Below are positions 17,678 to 27,507 of a DNA stretch of 64,000 nucleotides, one piece after another; the stretch's first letter is position 1; every line of letters starts with the position of its first letter. Source of the stretch: a virus; the IMG/VR virus record IMGVR_UViG_3300045988_149975. One strand, written 5' to 3'. Both the position numbers and the translations under genes were made by a program. The notes below the pieces were generated by a model. It was given only the letters and a program-made list of their open reading frames with translations. It did not search any database and was not told the DNA's origin.

Positions 17678-18753
17678 ATTCTTTTCACAATTTCAGCAAA
17701 CAATGATTCATTTTCCCTTAAAAGACGGACTAAATTATCTTGACCTTGTGCAAGCATTTGGGAATCCATGTAATACCACGCTCCCTTACGCTCTATAATA
17801 CCTTTAAGAACAGCTAATACAACTAACTCTTTAGCGGTATCAATAGAACCTTTAGGAAGTAATCCATCATCAGTATATAAATCGTATTCACCTGTTGTAA
17901 AAGCAGCACCTAATTTATTTTTCTGAATTTTCCATTTAATTACACGCCCTACAATTTTAGCATTAGTACCAGTGCCTTCTTTAATGTAATCGCCTGCCCT
18001 TAAACGGATTTCGATACTATTAGTAAACTTTTGGCTATTTCCTCCAGGAACAGTAGTAGGATCACCATAACCACCAATTTTATCCCTAAATTGATTTATG
18101 GATAAGACAGTAGTAGGCAGTTTACCATTCCTCTCCAAAGTATTATTAAAACTTTGAAATTTACCGTGATAAGTCTGTAATTTCAATGGTTTAATACCCA
18201 TTTGAGCAGTATCAGAAATATCTGTTTCAATATACTTTGTGGGTAACATGGCAGCAATAGAATCTATCACAATAAATTCCACACCCGCTTTTTGCAATTC
18301 TACTGCAATATCTAATGCTTGTTCCATACCTTCAGGTTGACAAAATAGTAATTTATCATTATCAATACCATTCTGCGCTCCCCATTCCTCACTATAACTA
18401 CCACTTTCAATTTGAATTAAAGCAGCTTGTAGGGGTATATCACCATCATCAGCTACTACCTCATATTCAAAATTGCCTTTAGTTATTTTCTTCTTATACA
18501 TATTCTGTACGGCAGCAATGGCTTTATAAGCAAGTAAAGATTTACCACTACTCTCTTGCCCTGCAAGTGTAATATATCGCCCCGAAGGTAAGCCACCACC
18601 TAATGCGTCATTAAGTGATACACTACCTAAAGGAATTTTGAAATTCATTTCATCATTTATATCTGCGCCCTTACGGATGGCATTTACGCCAAAGCGTTTG
18701 TTTATATCTTTTATTAGTGTATTTATATCTGCCATAATTTCCTCCTTTATCAT
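17674..18753 (-). CDS. RecA/UvsX-family recombinase
   Basis: ALGGGLPSGRYITLAGQESSGKS Walker A within a RecA-like N-terminal architecture. Confidence 0.7.
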   Translation of the reverse strand: MIKEEIMADINTLIKDINKRFGVNAIRKGADINDEMNFKIPLGSVSLNDALGGGLPSGRYITLAGQESSGKSLLAYKAIAAVQNMYKKKITKGNFEYEVVADDGDIPLQAALIQIESGSYSEEWGAQNGIDNDKLLFCQPEGMEQALDIAVELQKAGVEFIVIDSIAAMLPTKYIETDISDTAQMGIKPLKLQTYHGKFQSFNNTLERNGKLPTTVLSINQFRDKIGGYGDPTTVPGGNSQKFTNSIEIRLRAGDYIKEGTGTNAKIVGRVIKWKIQKNKLGAAFTTGEYDLYTDDGLLPKGSIDTAKELVVLAVLKGIIERKGAWYYMDSQMLAQGQDNLVRLLRENESLFAEIVKRM

Positions 18754-21008
18754 TTTGCGGTGTAATAATCCCTACCGTACCCGGTCTCTGCCTCCAAAGG
18801 AATAGTAAGGTGTATTCCTCTGCGTGGCATACAATGGCTCATAATATATTGCATACGCTCCATACACAAGTGTACAAACTCTGTGGGGCACATCATTACA
18901 ACCTCATCGTGTACAGAACTTACTTGATATGCGCCAATAGAATTAAGAATTGTATCATTGTCTAAATCTATCTGTGCAAATGCTACTGCATCAGCAGCAC
19001 TACCCTGCGAAAGCACATTCACTGCTACTCTTTCAAGATAAGAACGTACCCTCATATCTTCACTATTTATATCCCAAAGATGTCTTTTATGTCCACCCAA
19101 AGTTTTTACATAGCCATTTTCCCTTGCAAACTTTACTGCTGCTTTATCATAAGCGTGTAAACCGCTGAAACCCTCAAAATATTTATCAATATATCCTTGT
19201 GCTTCTTCTTTACTAATCTCAAGGTTTTTAGATACTGCTATACTCGTGCCCCCATAATCCACAGCGAAGCCTATCTTTTTAGCTATCTGCCTCTTTTCAG
19301 GGGCAATCTTTTTAACATCATTAGGGTTTACATCTTTAAGTTCAGGAAAAACCAAAGTAGCTACTGTTCCGTGGGGGTCAAGATTTTCTACCATCATTTT
19401 AATAAGCATTTTATCTTGAGATAAATGTGCTGTTAAAAATTTTTCCAAGGCATGATAATCGGCTGCCACTACTGAATAACCTTCATCTGCTATAAAAAGT
19501 TTTCTTATTTCAAATCTATCCCAAAAATCAAAATAAGTTCTATCTTCACCCTCTTTAGGCTCTTCTAAAGGATGAGGAAGCTGCTGAAGATTAGGCTGTT
19601 GACAAGATAAACGGAAACTATCTGTACCACACAACCCAAAACTACAATGCACTTTACCATCTTCATAAATTAAATCCCAAAGTCCATCCATAAAAGCACT
19701 TTTTAATTTTACTAACTTCTTATAATCAGTAAGACAATCTATAAATTTATGTGCTTCTTCTGATACTTTTTGGCGTTTTAATTTCTTTAACTCATCTTTA
19801 CCTACCTTCGGCGTTTTTAATTCCTCATAGGCATATTGCCCTCCTGCTGTCCATTCTACCACTTTAAAACCAAAATTTCTACTTACAAAATCTTTATTAT
19901 AACTTTCCTTAAAGATTACATTTGCCCTTTCAGACATTAACTGTTTCTTATAGCTTAATTTATCTTTTGTCGCCAAATTCTTTGCTACTTCATCATACGC
20001 TTTTTGCGCACTCTCATTAAGCTGTACAGCTTTCTTTTTAAAACCGAATAATAACTCATAAAGATTTTGTGAACTTGAAGGATTAAATTCTACCCCCGCT
20101 AAACTATATAGCTTATATTCAAGATTTTTAATCTCTATCTCTGCTTCTTTAGACATTTTCTCTAAAAGCTGTGTATCAATTCTAAAACCTTTTCGCTCCA
20201 TTTTCCACAACACTTTGAGATAAGGAATACGCACTTTATAATAGTAATCTGTCATTCCCTCATTCTTTAAGCCCTCAATAAGCTGCGGAAACATCTGTTT
20301 CATAAACCATACGTCCTCGGCAGAGTATTGTCCACCAATGGGAATCTGTACTTGCATAAAAGCGGCATTAGCATTGGCTTTTATACCTACTGATAATTTC
20401 TCATCATTTGTAACAGTCTTAATAACATCACTATAATGTGACTTTTCTACGCCATAAATCATTTTAGTTACTGCTTCCAAATTCTTTTCCACAGTTTCAT
20501 CTATAGTATGAACCATTACCATTGTATCTTCAATAATATTTTTATTAAAAACTTTTACTATATCTATATCCTCATTAGCAATGGCGTGTAAGTCAAAATC
20601 TATATTATGGGCAATATATGTCTTGCCCTCATTTTCCATTATTAATCTCAATCTCTGTGCAAAATTATAGGCATCTACATTGTAATATTCCCCTTCAAAC
20701 TTTGATTTATCAAAATCAGGAAAATATTTAGGATTAAAAAATTTCGGAGGAACAAGTCTAAAACGATTATTCTCTTTATATAATCCTTCAAAATCATGCC
20801 TCACAGGAACATAAAATACATCTTTAGATACTTCATCTTCAAAAGCAAATGTATAACCTACTACATAATCTTTCCCTGTCCATCTTACACTTGTCCCTGA
20901 AGTTTCAGTATCAAAATATACCATCTTTGCCTTTTCAAATAAAGCAAAAAAGGAGTCTAAAGAATGTTCCTGCACAATACTTAAATTAAAATATTTTTGG
21001 TGAAACAT
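18750..21008 (-). CDS. DNA polymerase, family A (Pol I-like) with a 3'-5' exonuclease domain
   Basis: Motif B RQIAKKIGFAVDYGG, motif C VHDEVVMM, and exo motifs upstream. Confidence 0.8.
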   Translation of the reverse strand: MFHQKYFNLSIVQEHSLDSFFALFEKAKMVYFDTETSGTSVRWTGKDYVVGYTFAFEDEVSKDVFYVPVRHDFEGLYKENNRFRLVPPKFFNPKYFPDFDKSKFEGEYYNVDAYNFAQRLRLIMENEGKTYIAHNIDFDLHAIANEDIDIVKVFNKNIIEDTMVMVHTIDETVEKNLEAVTKMIYGVEKSHYSDVIKTVTNDEKLSVGIKANANAAFMQVQIPIGGQYSAEDVWFMKQMFPQLIEGLKNEGMTDYYYKVRIPYLKVLWKMERKGFRIDTQLLEKMSKEAEIEIKNLEYKLYSLAGVEFNPSSSQNLYELLFGFKKKAVQLNESAQKAYDEVAKNLATKDKLSYKKQLMSERANVIFKESYNKDFVSRNFGFKVVEWTAGGQYAYEELKTPKVGKDELKKLKRQKVSEEAHKFIDCLTDYKKLVKLKSAFMDGLWDLIYEDGKVHCSFGLCGTDSFRLSCQQPNLQQLPHPLEEPKEGEDRTYFDFWDRFEIRKLFIADEGYSVVAADYHALEKFLTAHLSQDKMLIKMMVENLDPHGTVATLVFPELKDVNPNDVKKIAPEKRQIAKKIGFAVDYGGTSIAVSKNLEISKEEAQGYIDKYFEGFSGLHAYDKAAVKFARENGYVKTLGGHKRHLWDINSEDMRVRSYLERVAVNVLSQGSAADAVAFAQIDLDNDTILNSIGAYQVSSVHDEVVMMCPTEFVHLCMERMQYIMSHCMPRRGIHLTIPLEAETGYGRDYYTAK

Positions 21009-21294
21009 CTTTACTCTCCTTTACTACTTTCCTATACCTCTCTGTCATACTTGGCACAATGCGAGTTACTTTAGCATATTCTATCTGTCCTGTAAGCACG
21101 TTATGATATTTTTTGGGCTTTGATTCTGCAATATGGTAATCCATAATAGGGTATAACCTAAAACGCTTATATCCGTCTTTAGTTAAATCTTCAATAGCGA
21201 GTAATACATTATCTACCATCTTTCTTGCCTCATTAAGTGATACATTCTGCATTGTCCCGATTTTCCTTGCAATAATCTCTCTATTTGCTAACAT
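20986..21294 (-). CDS. HU/IHF-like DNA-binding protein
   Basis: 102 aa; layout resembles bacterial HU (N-terminal helices, beta-arm with conserved R/K/P spacing). Confidence 0.45.
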   Translation of the reverse strand: MLANREIIARKIGTMQNVSLNEARKMVDNVLLAIEDLTKDGYKRFRLYPIMDYHIAESKPKKYHNVLTGQIEYAKVTRIVPSMTERYRKVVKESKDVSPKIF

Positions 21295-21348
21295 AACATA
21301 CTCCTTAATAAACTAAAGCCCCATTCACAGGGGCTTTAGTATTATACC

Positions 21349-22074
21349 TTAAAGTCTTTTAAGTCCAGTAGCTTGCTGTACTTCTTTAGGCTCTTCTACT
21401 TCAGTTTCACCATAAGGTACAAACAAATTCTGTAATACACCCATAAAACCTTCAGTCTTTGCAATCTCCTTATATTTTTCAGGCAGTGATTCAATAATCT
21501 TTTCTTTAGCTTCCTCTGTTAAAGGTGCTTTAGACCAGTACAGAGGGTCTTTACCTGCGGGGCAATCATCTACCCTATCAAAGTTATAAGGATTTTTCTT
21601 ACCATTCTTACTTACATAATATGCTCTATCAAGTAAACCATACTTTTCTTTATTACGCTGAATAGCTGCAACATCAGAAGTACCTCTCACCATTACTCTT
21701 ACTTGGTCAGTATACTCAATAACTTTACCAGTAGGTACGCCATTTACTACCTCATCTTTTGTAGTTACAGTACCATCAAGTACAAGGAAGGCAGATTTAA
21801 TGGAGCGTTTATTAAGTTTACTTGCGTCAAAACTATCAGGCTGCTGACAACCTTTGCAATCAGGTTCACCAGTGCATACAAATACACGAGGTACAGTACC
21901 TACCTTAATAGTATGGGCGTAAAAAGAAAGCGGCTCATCAGTTAAGAAACGCATAAGTTTCTCTTCCCCATCTTTTACATAAAAATCATAAATACCAGTT
22001 CTACCTGAATTTGCTTTTGCTTCTTCACTCATTTTATTAACTGCGTCAAAACCTTTTTGAAAAAAACTTTTCAC
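21349..22074 (-). CDS. putative ssDNA-binding protein (gp32-like, Cys/His cluster)
   Basis: Sits between the polymerase and primase; VCTGEPDCKGCQ cluster; assigned by position and weak similarity only. Confidence 0.3.
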   Translation of the reverse strand: MKSFFQKGFDAVNKMSEEAKANSGRTGIYDFYVKDGEEKLMRFLTDEPLSFYAHTIKVGTVPRVFVCTGEPDCKGCQQPDSFDASKLNKRSIKSAFLVLDGTVTTKDEVVNGVPTGKVIEYTDQVRVMVRGTSDVAAIQRNKEKYGLLDRAYYVSKNGKKNPYNFDRVDDCPAGKDPLYWSKAPLTEEAKEKIIESLPEKYKEIAKTEGFMGVLQNLFVPYGETEVEEPKEVQQATGLKRL

Positions 22075-22085
22075 TTTACATTCTC

Positions 22086-23040
22086 CTATTCATATAAACT
22101 ATAATTTCTCTTTGGATAAATTTCCAAATTACTAAACATTACTTTTAATTCATTTTCATTACAATCTTGTATATCTTTTTTACCATCAGGAAATCTACAA
22201 CGCATAAAAGTAAAATCATTCTTTAAATACTTATAAATTCTTTTACAACCATCTTCTCCTGCCTTATCATTATCTAAAGCTAAAATAATTTTATCCGCTT
22301 TAAACATTTTAAGTTTTTCAATTTGTGTCTTACTAATTTGAGCAGATATAATGGAAAGAGTATTAGTATAACCAAATCTATATAACCAAATTGCATCTAA
22401 TAAACCCTCCACTAAAATAATCTCATCTTTAGGTTCAAATAAGTTCATGGGGTAGAAATAATCTTTAGCATTAAAATGATTATAAATCTTATATTTAGGC
22501 TCATTACCATAAATAGAATTATAACCTCTATCCTTTTCGGATAATACTGCCCTACTACTAAACCCTAAAAGATTACCACTATAATCAAAAAAGGGAATTG
22601 TAATACGTTTTAATTCACCATCCCAACCTAATTTAAACTTAACAAAATCTTCCTCACTAAAACCTCTCTTTAATAAATAAGGATGTACAATTTCTCCACT
22701 TTTAAAAGGCGCAAGCGCACTCATAGACAATACATCTTCTTTAATCTCATCGGATTCTTCGTATAGATTTCTATGTCTACTTACAGCCATTCTAAAATCT
22801 TTATTAAAGTAACTGTTAAGAAATTCATAAGCGTCCATAATTGAAATATCTTTTACAAACGCTACTAAAGACACTAAATTGAATTTTGCACCACAAGCAA
22901 AACAACCACCTACCTCTTTCTCTGCATGAATACCACAAGAGGGATTACGTTCACCATGATAGATAAGGACAGCAAAACATAATATTTTCGCCCCTAACTG
23001 TTACTTTTTCAAGCCCCAGTTCATTGCAAAAATTCTTCAT
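22086..23040 (-). CDS. DnaG-type DNA primase (Zn-finger plus TOPRIM); the frame is interrupted between the Zn-finger halves
   Basis: TOPRIM EGLLDAIW and ALDNDKAGEDG lie in ORF 22086..22874. The upstream frame reads MKNFCNELGLEKVTVRGENIMFCCPY then stops; the Zn motif continues in another frame as YHGERNPSCGIHAEKEVGGCFACGAKF. The shift occurs at TATCTATC. Confidence 0.65.
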
Positions 23041-23051
23041 TTCATCTACTG

Positions 23052-23642
23052 TCACATAACCACCTCCTGTTTTATTCTAAAAAATACTTTTACGCCATCA
23101 ATTACAGAACATCCTCTGTTACTACTAATAGTATGCCCTCTTATCATAGCGTGTACTATTGACTTATCTTTATTAGGAAATAAGGTACGAGAAGCAGCCT
23201 TACTGCTCTTAAAAGTAGCTAATACCTCATTACTTTCCACAGAAACCATCTCAACTGGTTTTTCAAATAACCTATGTAACTTTTTAGCGGATATTCTTGC
23301 TTTCTCACGAACATTCTCTCTTAAACCGATATTCCACGAATGTAATAAATTATCTTTGTTTTCTATCCACTCTAAATTTTCAACATGGTTATTTAATTTA
23401 TTACCGTCTTTATGATTTACTTGTGGTAAATTTTCGGGGTTAGGTATAAATGCTTCTGCTACTAAACGATGTACCCTTTTAGGATAACACTTACCATCTT
23501 TAGCTAATGCTACCTGTAAATAACCCTTTGTAGTTGTGTTTGCCATCAAACACCTCTCTTTATTATACTTATGAGATATTACTACCCCTTCATCTGTAAC
23601 AGTATAATCAGGAAAATCTTTTACAATAGCTTCTATAAGCAT
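23052..23642 (-). CDS. HNH homing endonuclease (NUMOD4-HNH type)
   Basis: NHKDGNKLNNHVENLEW motif; own promoter; close paralogue of ORF 57615..58145. Confidence 0.75.
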   Translation of the reverse strand: MLIEAIVKDFPDYTVTDEGVVISHKYNKERCLMANTTTKGYLQVALAKDGKCYPKRVHRLVAEAFIPNPENLPQVNHKDGNKLNNHVENLEWIENKDNLLHSWNIGLRENVREKARISAKKLHRLFEKPVEMVSVESNEVLATFKSSKAASRTLFPNKDKSIVHAMIRGHTISSNRGCSVIDGVKVFFRIKQEVVM

Positions 23643-23663
23643 TTCACCTCCATTACTTCATAT

Positions 23664-23692
23664 ATTATATCATAAAATTACCAATTTGTCAA
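23664..23692 (-). promoter_or_regulatory. sigma-70-type promoter driving the HNH endonuclease gene
   Basis: Minus strand TTGACAaattggtaattttatgaTATAAT, then GGAGGTGAAAT and the ATG at 23642. Confidence 0.5.
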
Positions 23693-24936
23693 GATAATTT
23701 TTTCAAAGTTTGTGGTTTATCTACCTTAAATGTTCGCTCTTTCTTATCATCAAAATTTGCATAGACTACATCATAATTCATTTCCCTAAAATCAAATTGC
23801 ATTGTAAATTTTGGTGTCCATTCACCATCACGAATTTTAAGAGTTTGAATTTCAACCTCTTTAGCTGCCCTCTGTACTTCATCCTGTAACATTGCCCACA
23901 TTCCATCACAATACTGTTTAAGACTTGTAGCATAAGCAATATTACCCTTATCAGTAAGCTGTGTAGTAGTAATAATGGGTATTTTCCTGTTTAAAGCAAT
24001 AATTTTAAATGCCTTAAATACTGCTAATACTGCTTTCCAATCTTCAGGGTCTTTACCCTCACTCATAAGATAACCACCATCTATTAAAACTATATCAGGT
24101 TTATAGGCATCTATTTTAGCTGCGCACTCTGCTACACCGTTTATAATAAGTTCAATGCTTAATTTAGAAGCATACTTTGGCGCAATATTTTCAAGATAAT
24201 CTTTATAAATACTTTCTTCATCATTAGTTAAAGCACCATCTTTTAAACGGCTATAACTTACACCACTCATTATAGCATCCACCCTTTTTAATATTTGATG
24301 TGGACTCATTTCCTTTGTAAGAAAAAGTGTCTTATAACCTGCTTTAATTAAATTAGAAGCTATAATACATAACAAAAAAGTTTTACCTACACCTGACTTT
24401 GCAAGGAATGATATTAAATCTACCTCTTTTATGCCACCAGTTTGTTTATCAAGAGGGTAAATCCCAAGGGGTATACCTGTCATACCTCCTGTAGCTTTAT
24501 TTACTAAATAATCTTGAAAACGCTTCTCTGTATTTGCCCCTAAATCAACTTTTTCAGTAAAGGTAAAATCACTATTTACTTCTGAAATTAAACTCTCCAA
24601 AAGGGTATAACATTTATCTACATCCCTATCATTTATAAGATTATCTATCTTTTCTAAAGTAGTTACTAACTTATTATGCCTAATCTTACGGCGCAGTTCA
24701 TCACAATAATAACCTACTGTTTCAGGACTTTCAATGTTAAGATTGACTTCAGGAAAATGCTTTTTAAAAGTTTCCTTATCAGGCAATTCACCATACTTAA
24801 CTTTAAAATCAGATAACCACTTAAAAGCCCTTTTATTTGCACCTGAAAAATAGTCAGCAGTTATATCTTTGTTAAGTACAGTTTCCCATTCTTTTGTTTC
24901 AATAAGTTTTCTTAAAAAAGAATTTTCTACTGACAT
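23689..24936 (-). CDS. DnaB-like replicative helicase
   Basis: 415 aa; Walker A LAKSGVGKT; RecA-fold C-terminal domain with an N-terminal helical domain. Confidence 0.75.
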   Translation of the reverse strand: MSVENSFLRKLIETKEWETVLNKDITADYFSGANKRAFKWLSDFKVKYGELPDKETFKKHFPEVNLNIESPETVGYYCDELRRKIRHNKLVTTLEKIDNLINDRDVDKCYTLLESLISEVNSDFTFTEKVDLGANTEKRFQDYLVNKATGGMTGIPLGIYPLDKQTGGIKEVDLISFLAKSGVGKTFLLCIIASNLIKAGYKTLFLTKEMSPHQILKRVDAIMSGVSYSRLKDGALTNDEESIYKDYLENIAPKYASKLSIELIINGVAECAAKIDAYKPDIVLIDGGYLMSEGKDPEDWKAVLAVFKAFKIIALNRKIPIITTTQLTDKGNIAYATSLKQYCDGMWAMLQDEVQRAAKEVEIQTLKIRDGEWTPKFTMQFDFREMNYDVVYANFDDKKERTFKVDKPQTLKKLS

Positions 24937-25325
24937 TAATACATCTCCTTAAATTTCTCTAAACTGATAGCATTTTCCACAAATTCCGTGGTATGTGTTT
25001 CATCTATATAATACTTGTACAAATATATGCAATTACTGTATAATTCATTAAGAGAAATCTTTTCAATTTGATTAAAAAATAAATATTTACCAAACAACTC
25101 ATCCTCATATACACTTATATCCTCTTTTGTTGATATAATATGTATGTTAAATTTATCAAAAAGTTTTAAAGTTAAATCTCTATATTCAGGATTAAACTTA
25201 TATTTAAAACTATCACCAAATATACCTTTCAATCTTTGCATTGTAGTAGGTTTTCTGTTAAAAATTGTTTCAAAATTTATAGCAATTATTGGAGCAGTTT
25301 TATTGCTAATATCACCGTTTTTCAT
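24936..25325 (-). CDS. hypothetical protein
   Basis: 129-aa ORF. Confidence 0.45.
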   Translation of the reverse strand: MKNGDISNKTAPIIAINFETIFNRKPTTMQRLKGIFGDSFKYKFNPEYRDLTLKLFDKFNIHIISTKEDISVYEDELFGKYLFFNQIEKISLNELYSNCIYLYKYYIDETHTTEFVENAISLEKFKEMY

Positions 25326-25492
25326 GATACTTCTTATCCAATTCCGCTACTGATAAATCACCATTTAAAACAGCCAGTGTATGATAATCACATAACGGTA
25401 CTGCATTTTCTCCTGCTTTACTACGAATTGTATAATTATCCTTACCTTCTAACAAACAAGCAAAACATTTTTCTTTTACCATTTTAACCCTC

Positions 25493-26107
25493 CTATTTCA
25501 AATACTGTAATGCGGATTTACTTCTTAAAGTTGTTTTCCGCACATCTTCACCTGTAATATCAATCTTGATATACTCACTTAACATAGAAAATACTGTATT
25601 TCCATACCTTGTCTTAATAGTATTCAAATCTAAATTTGTACAAATTATTGTAGGTAAACCTTTTGAAAATCTTTGTTTTAAAAGTTCCTCTAATAATGAT
25701 TTTTCAGAGGAACTTTTAAGATTGACCTCTGCTCCTAATTCATCTAATACTAAAAAATCGACATTATAATAAATATCTACATCCTCATTATTAAAAGTCT
25801 TTGAAATTAAATCCTTAAAGGTCAAAAGTCTTGCAGTATAATAACAGGAATAAACATATTGTAAGATAATAGAAGAAGCATAAGTTTTTCCAACACCATT
25901 ACTACCACTTAAAAGAATACAAATGTTATCTCTATACATTTCATCACAATGACTTGTATAACCAGTCAATACCTTTTTGAGTCCCTCATTTGTAAACCTA
26001 AAATCTTTCCATGTCAAACCTTGATAAGTAACAGGAATACCCATTAAAGTAAGTGCTTCACTACTAATAACATCTCTTGTTCCTCGTTTAAAATTCAATA
26101 GTAACAC
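25493..26107 (-). CDS. DnaC/IstB-like AAA+ helicase loader
   Basis: LLSGSNGVGKTYAS Walker A and LVLDELG Walker B. Confidence 0.55.
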   Translation of the reverse strand: MLLLNFKRGTRDVISSEALTLMGIPVTYQGLTWKDFRFTNEGLKKVLTGYTSHCDEMYRDNICILLSGSNGVGKTYASSIILQYVYSCYYTARLLTFKDLISKTFNNEDVDIYYNVDFLVLDELGAEVNLKSSSEKSLLEELLKQRFSKGLPTIICTNLDLNTIKTRYGNTVFSMLSEYIKIDITGEDVRKTTLRSKSALQYLK

Positions 26108-26528
26108 CTTCCTTAACTGCTTCCCTACCCCTTACAGGGGTTTCTTTATAGTTATTATACCACCTAATTGCCTTATTGTAAATACCATTTAACCATTTAT
26201 TGGATAAAAGAAAAAGCCCATAAGATGTATAATTTAATACACCATCTTTAGTATAAATTCTCTCATCACTATCCCAAAGATAATCCATCATTATTTTAAT
26301 CTCACTACTCTTAAAATTCTTCATAAGACTCTTAATAATTGCTCGGTCACTGTATTTAACAGGAACATAAATAATATCTTTTTCCTTTGCTTTAGTTTTC
26401 CAGTATTTCATAAAATCATCAGCAGTATAGTTTTCTACATCTAAAGCAGATTTTAAAACACCCTCTGCTTTAGATGTAACTACTGCTTTACCAAATAAAA
26501 CTTTGCTCATTGCTTTATTATAAAACAT
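26088..26528 (-). CDS. hypothetical protein
   Basis: 146-aa ORF. Confidence 0.45.
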   Translation of the reverse strand: MFYNKAMSKVLFGKAVVTSKAEGVLKSALDVENYTADDFMKYWKTKAKEKDIIYVPVKYSDRAIIKSLMKNFKSSEIKIMMDYLWDSDERIYTKDGVLNYTSYGLFLLSNKWLNGIYNKAIRWYNNYKETPVRGREAVKEGVTIEF

Positions 26529-26719
26529 TAGCCTTGCAGCCCCTTAAATTCTTCCTCTAATACATTATCAATTTGAATAGAAAGTCTTTGAATTTCTTTT
26601 TCCCAATCCTTCTCATCTACAATAGTTTCAAAACCACATTCAACTCTTGCACTTTCATAATTACCCATATTTACTGTTTGACTTTTTACTAATCTAATTA
26701 ATCTTTCACCTTTATTCAT
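26528..26719 (-). CDS. hypothetical protein
   Basis: 63-aa ORF. Confidence 0.3.
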   Translation of the reverse strand: MNKGERLIRLVKSQTVNMGNYESARVECGFETIVDEKDWEKEIQRLSIQIDNVLEEEFKGLQG

Positions 26720-27116
26720 CTAATAACTCCCTTTCTAATGCTTCTTTAATTGCTAATTGTAATCTGCTCTTTAATACATCATTCCAAGAACTTTTCTTAT
26801 CTGCTCCACACTCAATAAATGTGAGTACAATAGCTTCAATCATTGCCCTTGTATAATAAGATTTTCTATTAATAATAATAGGACTTTCAGGTAAAATACC
26901 ATTTTTACGCCATAAATTAATAGTTTGATAAGTTCGTGGAATACCATAAGCAGAAAAGGCTTCTACTAATTTAGCTGTAGTATAAACCCTTAATTCTTTT
27001 CCATTAACCTTAATAATTCTGCCAATAGTTGCCCAATCTTTAAAATGCTGTGCGCAAAACTCCTTATTCGATTTCTTCTTCCTGCGTTTCCGCTTTTTCG
27101 ACTGCATAAAGTGCAT
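26712..27116 (-). CDS. hypothetical protein with a strongly basic N-terminus (KKRKRRKKK)
   Basis: 134-aa ORF. Confidence 0.4.
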   Translation of the reverse strand: MHFMQSKKRKRRKKKSNKEFCAQHFKDWATIGRIIKVNGKELRVYTTAKLVEAFSAYGIPRTYQTINLWRKNGILPESPIIINRKSYYTRAMIEAIVLTFIECGADKKSSWNDVLKSRLQLAIKEALERELLDE

Positions 27117-27507
27117 AACTCTCCTTTTGCTTAAACATTTTACTCAAATCTTCTTTATTTATTGTACCATCTTTTATATAATTTGTCAAGACATTTAAGT
27201 CATACTGTGGTACAAAAGTTACTACCTTATCATAAATGTGCAAGCGTTTAAGAATAGGGTCAGCCATAATTGGGTCAATTTCTTTAGTAATTCTTAAAGC
27301 ATTTTTAAAGTTACCATTAGAAGTTTCAATCCAATAGTTGCCACTACCATCCCTATTTACAAACTTGTCCTTTAATAACTCTTTAATCTCCTTGCGTCTT
27401 TTCTCTGCCATTGAAATAGTTTTTGTATACATTACATATTCATCGTACAAAGTATCTAAATCAATTTTCTTTTCTTCCTCCACTACAACCACATCTATTT
27501 TTTTCAC
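27064..27507 (-). CDS. hypothetical protein
   Basis: 147-aa ORF, acidic C-terminus. Confidence 0.4.
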   Translation of the reverse strand: MKKIDVVVVEEEKKIDLDTLYDEYVMYTKTISMAEKRRKEIKELLKDKFVNRDGSGNYWIETSNGNFKNALRITKEIDPIMADPILKRLHIYDKVVTFVPQYDLNVLTNYIKDGTINKEDLSKMFKQKESYALYAVEKAETQEEEIE

